A stretch of 64,000 nucleotides of DNA from the NCBI GenBank assembly GCA_964641255.1, contig CAZXMM010000001.1, forward strand, positions 409,984-473,983, read 5' to 3'. Both the position numbers and the translations under genes were made by a program. Shown here one piece after another: positions 30,185 through 39,219 of the stretch. The notes beneath the pieces were generated by a model. The model had not been told where the DNA came from and searched no databases. It saw only the letters and a program-made list of their open reading frames with translations. The number at the start of each line of letters is the position of its first letter. The stretch's first letter is position 1. Origin of the DNA: an uncultured Gammaproteobacteria bacterium. GTDB lineage: Bacteria > Patescibacteriota > Microgenomatia > JAMCZE01.

Positions 30185-31807
30185 ATGTATGGTAGCATGA
30201 AGCTAGTAAAAATACCTTTGGTCCTCATTATTTTTTTAGCCATTCTCCTTCGGCTTTTTCAGCTAAACTCTGTCCCGTTGGGTCTATCTTGGGACGAAGC
30301 CTCCCTTGGCTATAACGCCTATGCAATTGCCACTACGCTTCATGATGAGCACGGGGAATTTTTGCCCGTGGCCAGATTTATGGCCTTTGGTGACTATAAA
30401 CCGCCAGGGTACATTTATGTTTCCGCCGTAGCGGTAAAACTTTTGGGATTGTCGGAGTTTTCCACTAGACTGCCTTCGGCTCTAGCAGGAACGCTTCTGG
30501 TTGTAGTGGCCTACTTTTTAGTCAAAGAACTGCTCAGGCGCGAGTCAGTAGCGCTATTAACCGCGTTTGTAGTCGCGATTTCGCCCTGGGCACTACAGTT
30601 TTCTCATGCCGCTTTCGAGGCAAATTTAGCTACCGCTTTCTCGGCCACTGGCATTTTGTTTTTCTTGGTTGCCCTGCGAAAAAAACCGTGGGTCTTTTTT
30701 TCCTTGGCCAGTGTCTTTCTAGTTGCCTCGACCTATACTTTTAACAGTCATCGCATTTTTGTCCCCCTTATTTTGGTGGCTCTTACGCTTATTTACTTTA
30801 AAGCCGCACTTAAAAATTGGAAAGTTTTTATTGTTTTATACGGACTATTCTTTATTCTGTTCCTGCCCCAAGTACCCTTCCTTCTTTCCCAAGAGGGCAA
30901 GCTCCGCTTTAACGAAGTTGCCTGGATTAATGATCTTGAGCCTCTTGAAGAGGCCAATCTCCGAGTTGCGATAGATGACAATAGTGTCCTGGGGAAAATT
31001 GTCCACAACCGCCGTGTAGTCTATGGACTACAGTTCTTGGAACATTACACTGATACCTTTCGCTCTCAGTTCCTCTTTATCTCGGGCGACGTTAACCCAC
31101 GGTTGTCGATTCAATCTGTGGGAGAAATGTATTTATTAGAACTACCGCTGTTACTTTTGGGGATTTTCTTCTTAGCTAAAAAACACTCTAAATCTGGGCT
31201 CGTTCTTTTAGCGTGGACACTTTTGGCCCCATTACCAGGAGCGTTAGCCAGGGAAACCCCCCACGCCCTACGAACTCTGACCCTGCTACCTGTGCCGCAA
31301 ATATGTGTGGCGGCGGGGGTGTTTTTTTTAGCAGATTTATTAAGGAAATATGGGGCGAGCAAAAAAGTGGCCACCCTAATTATCCTTGGCGGTTATACTA
31401 TCTCGTTTGCTGTTTACTTACACGACTTTTATATAGCTTATCCCCAAATATCAGCTCTAGAGTGGCAATATGGGTATAAACAAATGGTAAAAAAAGTCAG
31501 TAGCCTAGCCAGTAACTACGATTCGATTTCAGTGACTGAGACCTATGGTCGACCCTACATTTACTTTTTGTTTCACGAGAATCATGCACCAAAGGATTAT
31601 TTAATTAGTCGGAATGTTGATCGGGACTGGTACGGATTTTGGTATGTGCGTTCTTTTGGTCCTTATGTTTTTGGCGCCCAAGCTCCTAAAGGGTCTAGGG
31701 TTTTATACGTCAGGGGACCAAACGAACCGGCCGAAAATACTCGGGAAATTGGTACTATTAATAACACCGACGGGGAAGTGATATTTGTTTTATCAGAAAG
31801 TAAATGA
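30185..31807 (+). CDS. ArnT/PMT-like GT-C membrane glycosyltransferase, family B paralog 5
   Basis: Loop RLFQLNSVPLGLSWDEASLGYNAYAIATTLHDEHGEFLPVARFMAFGDYKPPGY. Start is 3 bp from the divergent minus-strand start; an alternative ATG lies at 30197. Confidence 0.7.
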   Translation: MYGSMKLVKIPLVLIIFLAILLRLFQLNSVPLGLSWDEASLGYNAYAIATTLHDEHGEFLPVARFMAFGDYKPPGYIYVSAVAVKLLGLSEFSTRLPSALAGTLLVVVAYFLVKELLRRESVALLTAFVVAISPWALQFSHAAFEANLATAFSATGILFFLVALRKKPWVFFSLASVFLVASTYTFNSHRIFVPLILVALTLIYFKAALKNWKVFIVLYGLFFILFLPQVPFLLSQEGKLRFNEVAWINDLEPLEEANLRVAIDDNSVLGKIVHNRRVVYGLQFLEHYTDTFRSQFLFISGDVNPRLSIQSVGEMYLLELPLLLLGIFFLAKKHSKSGLVLLAWTLLAPLPGALARETPHALRTLTLLPVPQICVAAGVFFLADLLRKYGASKKVATLIILGGYTISFAVYLHDFYIAYPQISALEWQYGYKQMVKKVSSLASNYDSISVTETYGRPYIYFLFHENHAPKDYLISRNVDRDWYGFWYVRSFGPYVFGAQAPKGSRVLYVRGPNEPAENTREIGTINNTDGEVIFVLSESK

Positions 31808-33315
31808 GATTAAAACTTAAACTCTTTTTTTTAAGTCACTGGATTTTTCTAATCCTACTTACTTTGTATTTTGTTACTCGTCTTTACAAGTTGACGATTT
31901 TACCGCTGTTTACGGATGAATCGATCTACCTGTATTGGGCTAAAGTGATCGTTAGTACCAATAGTCAGTTTTTTATCTCTCTGACTGATGGCAAGCCGCC
32001 GATTCTCATTTGGCTCATGGCTTTGTTTCTTAAGGTGTTACCTGCTGACTGGTATCTCGTGGCTGGTAGACTACCATCAGTTCTAGCAGGAAGTGTCGGC
32101 CTGGCCTGTTTTTACGGTTTGGCACTGCAACTTTTTAACAGTAAAAAGGTCGCTGTTATGGCGGCAATTTTGTTGTTGATTTCTCCATTTCAGCTGCTTT
32201 ATGACCGGATGGCGCTTTTTGACGGATTGTTATCAGCAATGCTTCTGGCCACCTGTTTCCTGGCCGTTAAAACGGCAAAAAATCTATCTCTTAAATACAC
32301 CCTCTTATGGGGACTAGCCATTGGTTTGGCACTGCTGTCCAAGCCAACCGCCCTTATTGTCGCGGTCATAACACCGCTCCTGGGACTATTCGGTTTGGAG
32401 CAGGTTCTTGGGGGCAAGAAATTAGAAAAGTTTATATTACTTTCCCTGGTGGCCCTCGCACTTGGCGTAGGGCTTGAATACCTACAGCATTTTTCGTCAG
32501 TGTACTACCTCATGGTGGGCAAGAATGCCCAGTTTCAGCAACCACTCGAGGAGCTTATTCGTTCTCCCCTGGCACTTACTAGCGGGAATTTACAAGGATT
32601 TTTTCAGTGGCTTATCCCCTATTACACTAGTCCTGTTTTCGTTTTGGGTCTACTCAGCTTCGTAATTCTATTTTTCAAAAGATTCCGGCTTGGGCTAATT
32701 CTTCTCTCCTTGTGGCTGCTACCCATTGTGGCCCTAGCTACGGTGGGGCGGATCATTTTCCCCCGCTACATTCTTTTTACCACGCCCTATTTTCTTTTGC
32801 CCATCGCCTACGCGGTAGTCTGTTTGTTGGAACAAAGAAAACCGGTAGTAAAAATTGCCCTAGGAATTATCGTGGTTCTAACTTTCTTGCCCCAACTGAG
32901 TGTTGCTAAATTAATTCTAACTGACCCACCCAAGGCCCCTTTGCCAGACACTGACTATCAACAGTATATTTCTGAGCACCCCTCCGGTTATGGTCTAGAC
33001 CGGATATTTAGTTTCATTGATAAGGAAGCCCAAACAAAGCCGGTAACAGTAGTAACGCAGGGAACATTCGGTTTATATCCCTACGCTTTTACTTTGCACT
33101 ATTGGGGTAGTCCTAACGTGACAATCATGTCCCGTTGGCCACTGTCAGTTATTGATGAAGACATTTATGTCGCCAGCCGAAAAGGCCCGACCTTTATTAT
33201 TCTTAAGGAACATGACACTATTCCGAGTAATTTACCTCTAACACTCGTTTTAAAAAGCGAGAAACCAGGGGGGAAATATCCAATTCTAGTTACTATCCTT
33301 AGCGATCCAAAATGA
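31804..33315 (+). CDS. PMT_2/ArnT-like GT-C membrane glycosyltransferase (divergent subtype)
   Basis: 503 aa and polytopic. Loop RLYKLTILPLFTDESIYLYWAKVIVS (DE motif after TM1), the typical ArnT/PMT arrangement. Confidence 0.6.
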   Translation: MRLKLKLFFLSHWIFLILLTLYFVTRLYKLTILPLFTDESIYLYWAKVIVSTNSQFFISLTDGKPPILIWLMALFLKVLPADWYLVAGRLPSVLAGSVGLACFYGLALQLFNSKKVAVMAAILLLISPFQLLYDRMALFDGLLSAMLLATCFLAVKTAKNLSLKYTLLWGLAIGLALLSKPTALIVAVITPLLGLFGLEQVLGGKKLEKFILLSLVALALGVGLEYLQHFSSVYYLMVGKNAQFQQPLEELIRSPLALTSGNLQGFFQWLIPYYTSPVFVLGLLSFVILFFKRFRLGLILLSLWLLPIVALATVGRIIFPRYILFTTPYFLLPIAYAVVCLLEQRKPVVKIALGIIVVLTFLPQLSVAKLILTDPPKAPLPDTDYQQYISEHPSGYGLDRIFSFIDKEAQTKPVTVVTQGTFGLYPYAFTLHYWGSPNVTIMSRWPLSVIDEDIYVASRKGPTFIILKEHDTIPSNLPLTLVLKSEKPGGKYPILVTILSDPK

Positions 33316-34973
33316 AAAAACATTCAATTGTTTTGCTAACTTTGGTTGTGGTCTTGGGGTTGGTACTGCGCTTTTGGCATTTGGGCCAAGTGCCTCCTAG
33401 CTTGGATTGGGATGAAGCCTCACTCGGCTGGAATGCTTATTCGCTTTTAAAAACGGGGACTGATGAGTACGGGGTGAGCACTCCGTTGACCATTCGCTCC
33501 TTTAATGACTACAAGCCACCGGTTTATGTGTATGGCTTGACTTTGGTGCTCTTTTTTTTGGGACTTTCGGATTTTTCCATCCGTTTTTTATCGGCCCTCG
33601 CCGGGTCACTATCGGTGCTAGGTGTCTATTTTCTCGTTAGGGAATTAGTTCAAATTGGTAGGCGTGACAATTCTGTCACTAGCCTTCCCCTCCTATCTGC
33701 TTTGCTTCTAGCAATTTCCCCGTGGTCGGTCGGTTTTAGTCGCGTTGCCTTTGAGGCCAATCTGGCGCAATTATTTATTATTAGTGGTGCACTGTGGCTG
33801 TTAGTATTTTTGAGAAAACAAGCCTCTTGGCAGCTTTTTTTAGCACTTGGGAGCTACCTTGTTGCTTTTTACTGCTACCACAGCAGCCGCTTATTTGTCC
33901 CTTTGTTTTTGGTAAGTAGTGCACTTTGTTTACCACTTTTAAGTAAAGTTAGAAAACTACTACTCGTTGGGCTGGTGATTTTTGCCCTTTTTTTATTACC
34001 CGCTTTTAAAAGTGTGGTTACGGGGGATGGTACGGCCGCTCGGTTTGGGTCCGTCAGCATCTTTGCCCCGGAAGCCTACAAAGAACAAAAAGCTGTGCAA
34101 GAAAAAAGTTATCAGGAAGCTAAATCCCAGTCTGATCTGATCGGTAGCCTTAAAAATCACCGCTTTACTTTTTTTCCTCGGCAGTTTCTGGCCAATTATT
34201 TGTCCTATTTTGATTTTCGCTTCCTATTTTTACAAGCCGATGATAATAACCGTCATCACGCCCCCGATGTGGGATTACTGCCGCTTTGGGAGTCCCCGTT
34301 TTTAATTCTGGGTTTATTTTTTCTGTTTAGCAAAAGACCAGCCTGGAAAAGATTTCTTCTCATTTGGTTTCTTGCTGCCCCCGTTGCTGGGGCACTCGCC
34401 AGCCCCTCACCCCATGCGATTAGGTCTTTTGTTTTTTTGCCGACTTGGCAAATTATTACCGCTTTTGGGCTGCTATCAATTATCCAGATTTTATTTGGTT
34501 GGAAACGTAAACTTCTTGTTATGGCAATAGCCTGCTTAGCAATTGTTAACATTTATTATTTTGCTCATCAATATTTTATTCATGAACCTAAAGAGTATGC
34601 GGCCGATTTTCAATACGGCTATAAGCAAACTGTTCAAGTCGTAAAACCCCTTGAGCCCAACTACAAGGAAATATTTGTCACCAATTATTATGACCAGCCC
34701 TATATTTATTTTCTCCTCTATGGTGGGAGCGATCCGACTGTTAAAAATGACGGCACACTGGGAGAAAAGTATGGCAAAATTCGCTTTCTTAACTTTAGAA
34801 ATTTAAATAGTGAGGAAAAAAGACAGCTTCCCAAAGACGCTCTTTTTGTTGTCGCTCCTGGGGACGAAATTGCTCTATCGGTTGTAAAGGTTATCGTTAG
34901 GAGCCAGGACGGTAGACCACTCTTTATTGTGGGCGAGCAAGTTACCGATCTTGGATGGGGTAGTAGTCTTTAG
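33312..34973 (+). CDS. ArnT/PMT-like GT-C membrane glycosyltransferase, family B paralog 6
   Basis: Loop RFWHLGQVPPSLDWDEASLGWNAYSLLKTGTDEYGVSTPLTIRSFNDYKPPVY. Confidence 0.7.
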   Translation: MKKHSIVLLTLVVVLGLVLRFWHLGQVPPSLDWDEASLGWNAYSLLKTGTDEYGVSTPLTIRSFNDYKPPVYVYGLTLVLFFLGLSDFSIRFLSALAGSLSVLGVYFLVRELVQIGRRDNSVTSLPLLSALLLAISPWSVGFSRVAFEANLAQLFIISGALWLLVFLRKQASWQLFLALGSYLVAFYCYHSSRLFVPLFLVSSALCLPLLSKVRKLLLVGLVIFALFLLPAFKSVVTGDGTAARFGSVSIFAPEAYKEQKAVQEKSYQEAKSQSDLIGSLKNHRFTFFPRQFLANYLSYFDFRFLFLQADDNNRHHAPDVGLLPLWESPFLILGLFFLFSKRPAWKRFLLIWFLAAPVAGALASPSPHAIRSFVFLPTWQIITAFGLLSIIQILFGWKRKLLVMAIACLAIVNIYYFAHQYFIHEPKEYAADFQYGYKQTVQVVKPLEPNYKEIFVTNYYDQPYIYFLLYGGSDPTVKNDGTLGEKYGKIRFLNFRNLNSEEKRQLPKDALFVVAPGDEIALSVVKVIVRSQDGRPLFIVGEQVTDLGWGSSL

Positions 34974-34974
34974 T

Positions 34975-36693
34975 ATGAATATTTTGTCCTTACTGCGGCG
35001 TCTTTTTCCTGTGACAATCGTTGTAGTGTCTACTCTTTTGGCGCTCCAAGCTAGTATCCAAAATCCTTTTTATACCTCCCACGATGGGTTTTTGCATCTG
35101 GCCAGAATGGCGGCCTACTATCAAAGTCTTGAGGATGGTCAGTTTCCACCCCGGTGGGCCACCGGACTTAACGGCAACATGGGGTCACCTATCTTTGTCT
35201 TTATCTATCCTCTACCGTACCTCTTGGGCGCTTTAACTCACTTCTTAGGGTTAACTTACATTAACTCTTACCAGTTTTGGACAGTTGCCGGGACAGTAAT
35301 TTCCGCCATAGCCATGTACGCTTGGTTGCGGCAATCCTTTGACAGGGTAGCTAGTATGGTTGGAGCGATAGCTTATGTCTGGGTACCTTACCGGTTTCTA
35401 AACCTTTACGTCCGGGGGGCTTTTGCCGAAAATTTAGCTTTCACCCTGCCACCGCTAGTGTTGCTGTGTCTGGGTAACTTACTAAGTCGGAAGAGAAAAC
35501 TCCTGTGGTGGAGCCTATTCTCTTTATCACTGGCTGCGCTACTACTCATGCATAGTCAAATTGCGGCTCTTGCCCTGCCACTCATTATTGGGTTTGGGAC
35601 TATTCAAATGATTATCGCCAGGGACAAAAAAATAGTAGTGCCAGTGGTACTAGCTTTGGTTACCTCGTTTTTACTGGCCAGCTTTGTTTACCTTCCCGAT
35701 TTGTTTGAGCGCTCACTTGTTAACTTTGACAACAGCTTTTTCTTTTACAAAGATTACTTCGTGACTCCCTGGCAACTAGTAAGCAGTCCGTGGGGCTTTG
35801 GTTTTGATCTTCCTGGCACTATCCATGACGAAATGTCCTTTAAAATTGGCCAAACTCAAATTGCTGCCATGTTTGGATCGGCGGTGCTAATTAGTTGGCA
35901 GCTAGTCAAAAGAAAAAAGACTTTAGCTGTCGCAGCGCCTTTGCTTTTTCTGTTAGCCTCACTAGGCGCTCTTTTTTTGATGGTTGAGAGCCTGTTGGGG
36001 AAACTTATCTGGGAGTATTTACCAATTATTAAAACCATTGTTGATTATCCCTGGCGCCTTTTCTTTGTGGTGGTTTTTTCTGGGTCTTTTCTCCTAGCTT
36101 TTGTTCTTAGTCGGTTGTCTTTTAAGTATTTAATGGCCACGGTAGCAATTGTCTTTTTAATAATTTCCAATCGTAACCACACTCGAATTAACCTGCCGCA
36201 AAGTTTTACAAACAAACAGATAGAGAGCTATCGGGGTAGTGCCACAGCCGCAACGAATGAATACAAGCCCAGAGTTCACGTTAACGAGACGTTTGTAGAA
36301 AGACAATCAGCGGTTGAGGCGGTGCGGGGTGAGGTTTTTGTTTCTGGCGTCTGGCAAAGTGCTCTCGGCCTTGGTTTTACGACCCGGGCGACAATGTCTG
36401 GGCTAGTGCGAATTAACCGGTTTTATTTTCCTGAAACCATTATCAAGCGTAGCTCCCAGACCCTAGAATTGGGTCAAGATTATTTTGTGATTACTCCAGG
36501 TAAGACCGTACCAGACAACGACACCGGACTTATAAATCTCCTTGTCGTACCGGGGGAGTCTAGGTATACTCTTTCTTTTGAAGATAGTAAAATTCGTAAA
36601 GTCGGAAATATTCTTAGCCTGATAACCGTGCTGGGACTGGGTAGTATCCTGGCATTTGAACTGGCGCGGTGGGGTTTTTCTAAACGTGTATGA
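34975..36693 (+). CDS. Polytopic membrane protein, family D paralog 3 (YfhO-like / COG5617-like)
   Basis: ATG at 34975 follows the upstream TAG (the ORF is open from 34927). Loop SHDGFLHLARMAAYYQSLEDGQFPPRWATGLNGNMGSPIFVFIYPLPYLLG. Confidence 0.5.
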   Translation: MNILSLLRRLFPVTIVVVSTLLALQASIQNPFYTSHDGFLHLARMAAYYQSLEDGQFPPRWATGLNGNMGSPIFVFIYPLPYLLGALTHFLGLTYINSYQFWTVAGTVISAIAMYAWLRQSFDRVASMVGAIAYVWVPYRFLNLYVRGAFAENLAFTLPPLVLLCLGNLLSRKRKLLWWSLFSLSLAALLLMHSQIAALALPLIIGFGTIQMIIARDKKIVVPVVLALVTSFLLASFVYLPDLFERSLVNFDNSFFFYKDYFVTPWQLVSSPWGFGFDLPGTIHDEMSFKIGQTQIAAMFGSAVLISWQLVKRKKTLAVAAPLLFLLASLGALFLMVESLLGKLIWEYLPIIKTIVDYPWRLFFVVVFSGSFLLAFVLSRLSFKYLMATVAIVFLIISNRNHTRINLPQSFTNKQIESYRGSATAATNEYKPRVHVNETFVERQSAVEAVRGEVFVSGVWQSALGLGFTTRATMSGLVRINRFYFPETIIKRSSQTLELGQDYFVITPGKTVPDNDTGLINLLVVPGESRYTLSFEDSKIRKVGNILSLITVLGLGSILAFELARWGFSKRV

Positions 36694-37406
36694 AGAAGCT
36701 ATCAATTATTATTCCAGTCTATAACGAAGAAGCTACGCTCAAAGCGGTTTTGGAGCGGGTGGTAAGCGTGAAGTATTTAGTCCCGTTTGAAGTAATTATC
36801 GTTAATGACGGGTCTCGAGATAGAAGCGGAGTGATTGCGGAAAAATTCGTCCAAGGTAACAAAAGCGCCCGCTATATTTCCCACGAGAAGAATCAGGGGA
36901 AAGGCGCAGCGGTGAGGACCGGTGCCAAGGCAGCTAGTGGTGATTATCTAATTATCCAAGATGCGGACCTAGAATATGACCCCCAGGATATTGTTCGTTT
37001 GATAAGAGAGCTAGGAAATCATCCAAAAGACGCGGTAATCTATGGGTCCAGACTGATGCAGCCGCCAGTCTTATTTGGACCAGATAAAACCCCATTGCTA
37101 CTCCATTATTTTGGTAACCGCTTCTTAAGTCTAGTGACTAGTCTGCTCTATGGCGAGTGGATCACTGATATGGAGACGTGTTTTAAACTCATTCCTGCCA
37201 GCTTTATGCAAACAGTAAAGCTTAATGCTCGTGGTTTTGAACTAGAACCAGAGCTAACGGCCAAGCTTCTTAAGGGGGGATACGACATTTTCGAGATCTC
37301 TATCCAAACCAAACCTCGCGGGTTTGATGAGGGCAAGAAACTCCGGACTTTTTATGATGGCCGTAAGGCTCTATGGGCGCTCATTAAGTACCGGTTCACA
37401 AATTAG
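36690..37406 (+). CDS. GT2 polyprenyl-phosphate sugar synthase (Dpm1/GtrB-like)
   Basis: Motifs LSIIIPVYNEEATL, IVNDGSRDRSG and IQDADLEYDP. Confidence 0.8.
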   Translation: MKKLSIIIPVYNEEATLKAVLERVVSVKYLVPFEVIIVNDGSRDRSGVIAEKFVQGNKSARYISHEKNQGKGAAVRTGAKAASGDYLIIQDADLEYDPQDIVRLIRELGNHPKDAVIYGSRLMQPPVLFGPDKTPLLLHYFGNRFLSLVTSLLYGEWITDMETCFKLIPASFMQTVKLNARGFELEPELTAKLLKGGYDIFEISIQTKPRGFDEGKKLRTFYDGRKALWALIKYRFTN

Positions 37407-38189
37407 ATGGCTACTTTATCAGTCACCCTAGCCACATTTAACGAAGAAAAATTTTTGGCGCGGTGTTTAAAAGCGGTAAAAAATATTGCCGACGAAATTG
37501 TTGTTGTTGACGGGCACTCTACCGATAAGACAGTCGCGATTGCCAAGAGGTTTGGGGCCAAAGTAATAAGCAAGCCCAACGATCCCATAAATTTTCACAT
37601 TAACAAGCGGGCAGCTAATGACGCTGCTCAATCTGAGTGGATTTTGCAGCTCGATGCCGATGAAGTAGTCAGCCCCGCTTTAGCTAAAGAGATTAAAGAT
37701 AAGATTAGTAGTAATCCTTCTGAAAATGGCTACTGGCTACCCAGAGCCAACTTTTTTTTGGGACGCTTTCTCAGGAAAGGGGGGGCCTATCCTGACTACA
37801 CCATGCGTTTGTACCGGAAAAGTCAAGGTAATTTGCCAGCTTTAAATGTTCATGAACAGGCGGTCGTTAATGGGGCAGTTGGTTTTTTAAAAAATGATCT
37901 TCTTCACTACAGTAACCCAACTTTCGCTGACTATATTGAAAAGCGCTTCAATCGCTATACCGATGTGATGGCTAGAGATTTGCCAGGGGGGTTTGTCCGT
38001 AATGTGATTTGGCGGCCGTTATTTGATCCCCATCAGGGATTTCTTTCAATTTATTTTCGCCATTTGGGGTTTTTAGATGGATTTCCTGGCTATACTTGGG
38101 CTCTTTTTTCTGCTTTGCATTTTCCTATCGCTTATTTCAAAAAATTGGATCTAGAAAGGCTAGGGAAAGATGAAAGTAGCACTCATTAG
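37407..38189 (+). CDS. GT2 family glycosyltransferase (same subtype as 18012)
   Basis: Motifs IVVVDGHSTDKT and LQLDADEVVS. Contains T8 and G7 homopolymer runs (37754-37761, 37779-37785). Confidence 0.7.
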   Translation: MATLSVTLATFNEEKFLARCLKAVKNIADEIVVVDGHSTDKTVAIAKRFGAKVISKPNDPINFHINKRAANDAAQSEWILQLDADEVVSPALAKEIKDKISSNPSENGYWLPRANFFLGRFLRKGGAYPDYTMRLYRKSQGNLPALNVHEQAVVNGAVGFLKNDLLHYSNPTFADYIEKRFNRYTDVMARDLPGGFVRNVIWRPLFDPHQGFLSIYFRHLGFLDGFPGYTWALFSALHFPIAYFKKLDLERLGKDESSTH

Positions 38190-39219
38190 GGCTCCCCAGG
38201 TGCAAAGCCACGTTAGGGGGGTGGGTTTTTACGCCGATCGACTTCTTAGTCATCTTAATACGATTGACGGCGTAGTGGCCAAGCTCCTACCCTTTTCTAG
38301 GAATCCGATTTCCTACCTTTCTTATGATATTGTGCACTACTCGTATTTTGACCTCACCTTTCCAACTTATCTGCCAACTCTAGGTAAACCGACGGTAGTT
38401 ACTCTTCACGATGTTGTTCCCTTGCGGTTCCCCGGGGCTTTTCCGCTGGGGAAGCGGGGCCGGGTGGTTTGGCCAGTGCAGCGGCTACTTCTTAGGACTG
38501 CCTCGGCGGTAATTACTGACTCTAAAACGTCTCAAGTTGATATCGCTGAGTTAGCGGGGGTGCCAAGGAATAAAATTTATCCCATTTATTTGGCGGCGGA
38601 CCCAGCCTATAAGCCAGTAACTAGCGAAATAGTTAAGCAGCAGATTCGTAGGAAGTATCACTTGGGCCAAAACTTTGTGCTGTATGTAGGGGGGGTTAAC
38701 TGGAATAAAAATCTGCCTACACTCGCCAAAGCTTGTGAGCTTGGTCGGCTAGAGCTAGTCATTGTTGGAAAGGAAGCGCTTGGTGAAAGTCTGGATCCGG
38801 CGCACCATGAGAGTCAACCCTTTAGGGAATTTATGACGGTCGCTACCCGGTATCCCCAGATCAAAAGAGTGGGGTTTGTCCCCCTGGAGGAGCTGGCCGC
38901 TCTTTATAGTCTGGCTATGGTCTACGTTCAGCCCTCCTTTTATGAAGGATTTGGACTGCCTGTCCTTGAAGCCATGTCCTGCGGCTGTATCGTCATGAGT
39001 GGGAAAAACAGTAGTTTGGCTGAAATTGGAGGTGAGGCTACCTTATACAGCGATATTGATTCGCCAGAAAATTTGCAAAAAAAGATAGAATTTGTAAAAA
39101 CGCTTAGTCCCAAAGACAGGGCCCTACTTAGTGCTAAGTCCCGCGCCAGGGCGGCCGAGTTTACTTGGGAGAAAACGGCCAAAGAGACCTATGAAATTTA
39201 TAAAAAAGTTTTGGCATAA
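38170..39219 (+). CDS. GT4 family glycosyltransferase
   Basis: C-terminal FYEGFGLPVLEAMSCGCIVMSGKNSSLAEIGGEATLY is the E-x7-E signature. A G6 run lies at 38216-38221 near the 5' end. Confidence 0.8.
   Translation: MKVALIRAPQVQSHVRGVGFYADRLLSHLNTIDGVVAKLLPFSRNPISYLSYDIVHYSYFDLTFPTYLPTLGKPTVVTLHDVVPLRFPGAFPLGKRGRVVWPVQRLLLRTASAVITDSKTSQVDIAELAGVPRNKIYPIYLAADPAYKPVTSEIVKQQIRRKYHLGQNFVLYVGGVNWNKNLPTLAKACELGRLELVIVGKEALGESLDPAHHESQPFREFMTVATRYPQIKRVGFVPLEELAALYSLAMVYVQPSFYEGFGLPVLEAMSCGCIVMSGKNSSLAEIGGEATLYSDIDSPENLQKKIEFVKTLSPKDRALLSAKSRARAAEFTWEKTAKETYEIYKKVLA

Noticed and set aside
22073-34973. Recent tandem amplification or assembly collapse artefact explaining the GT-C paralog array
   Set aside because: Copies differ extensively at the nucleotide level outside the short catalytic-loop motif, and their lengths differ (540-561 aa). 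These are old, distinct genes.
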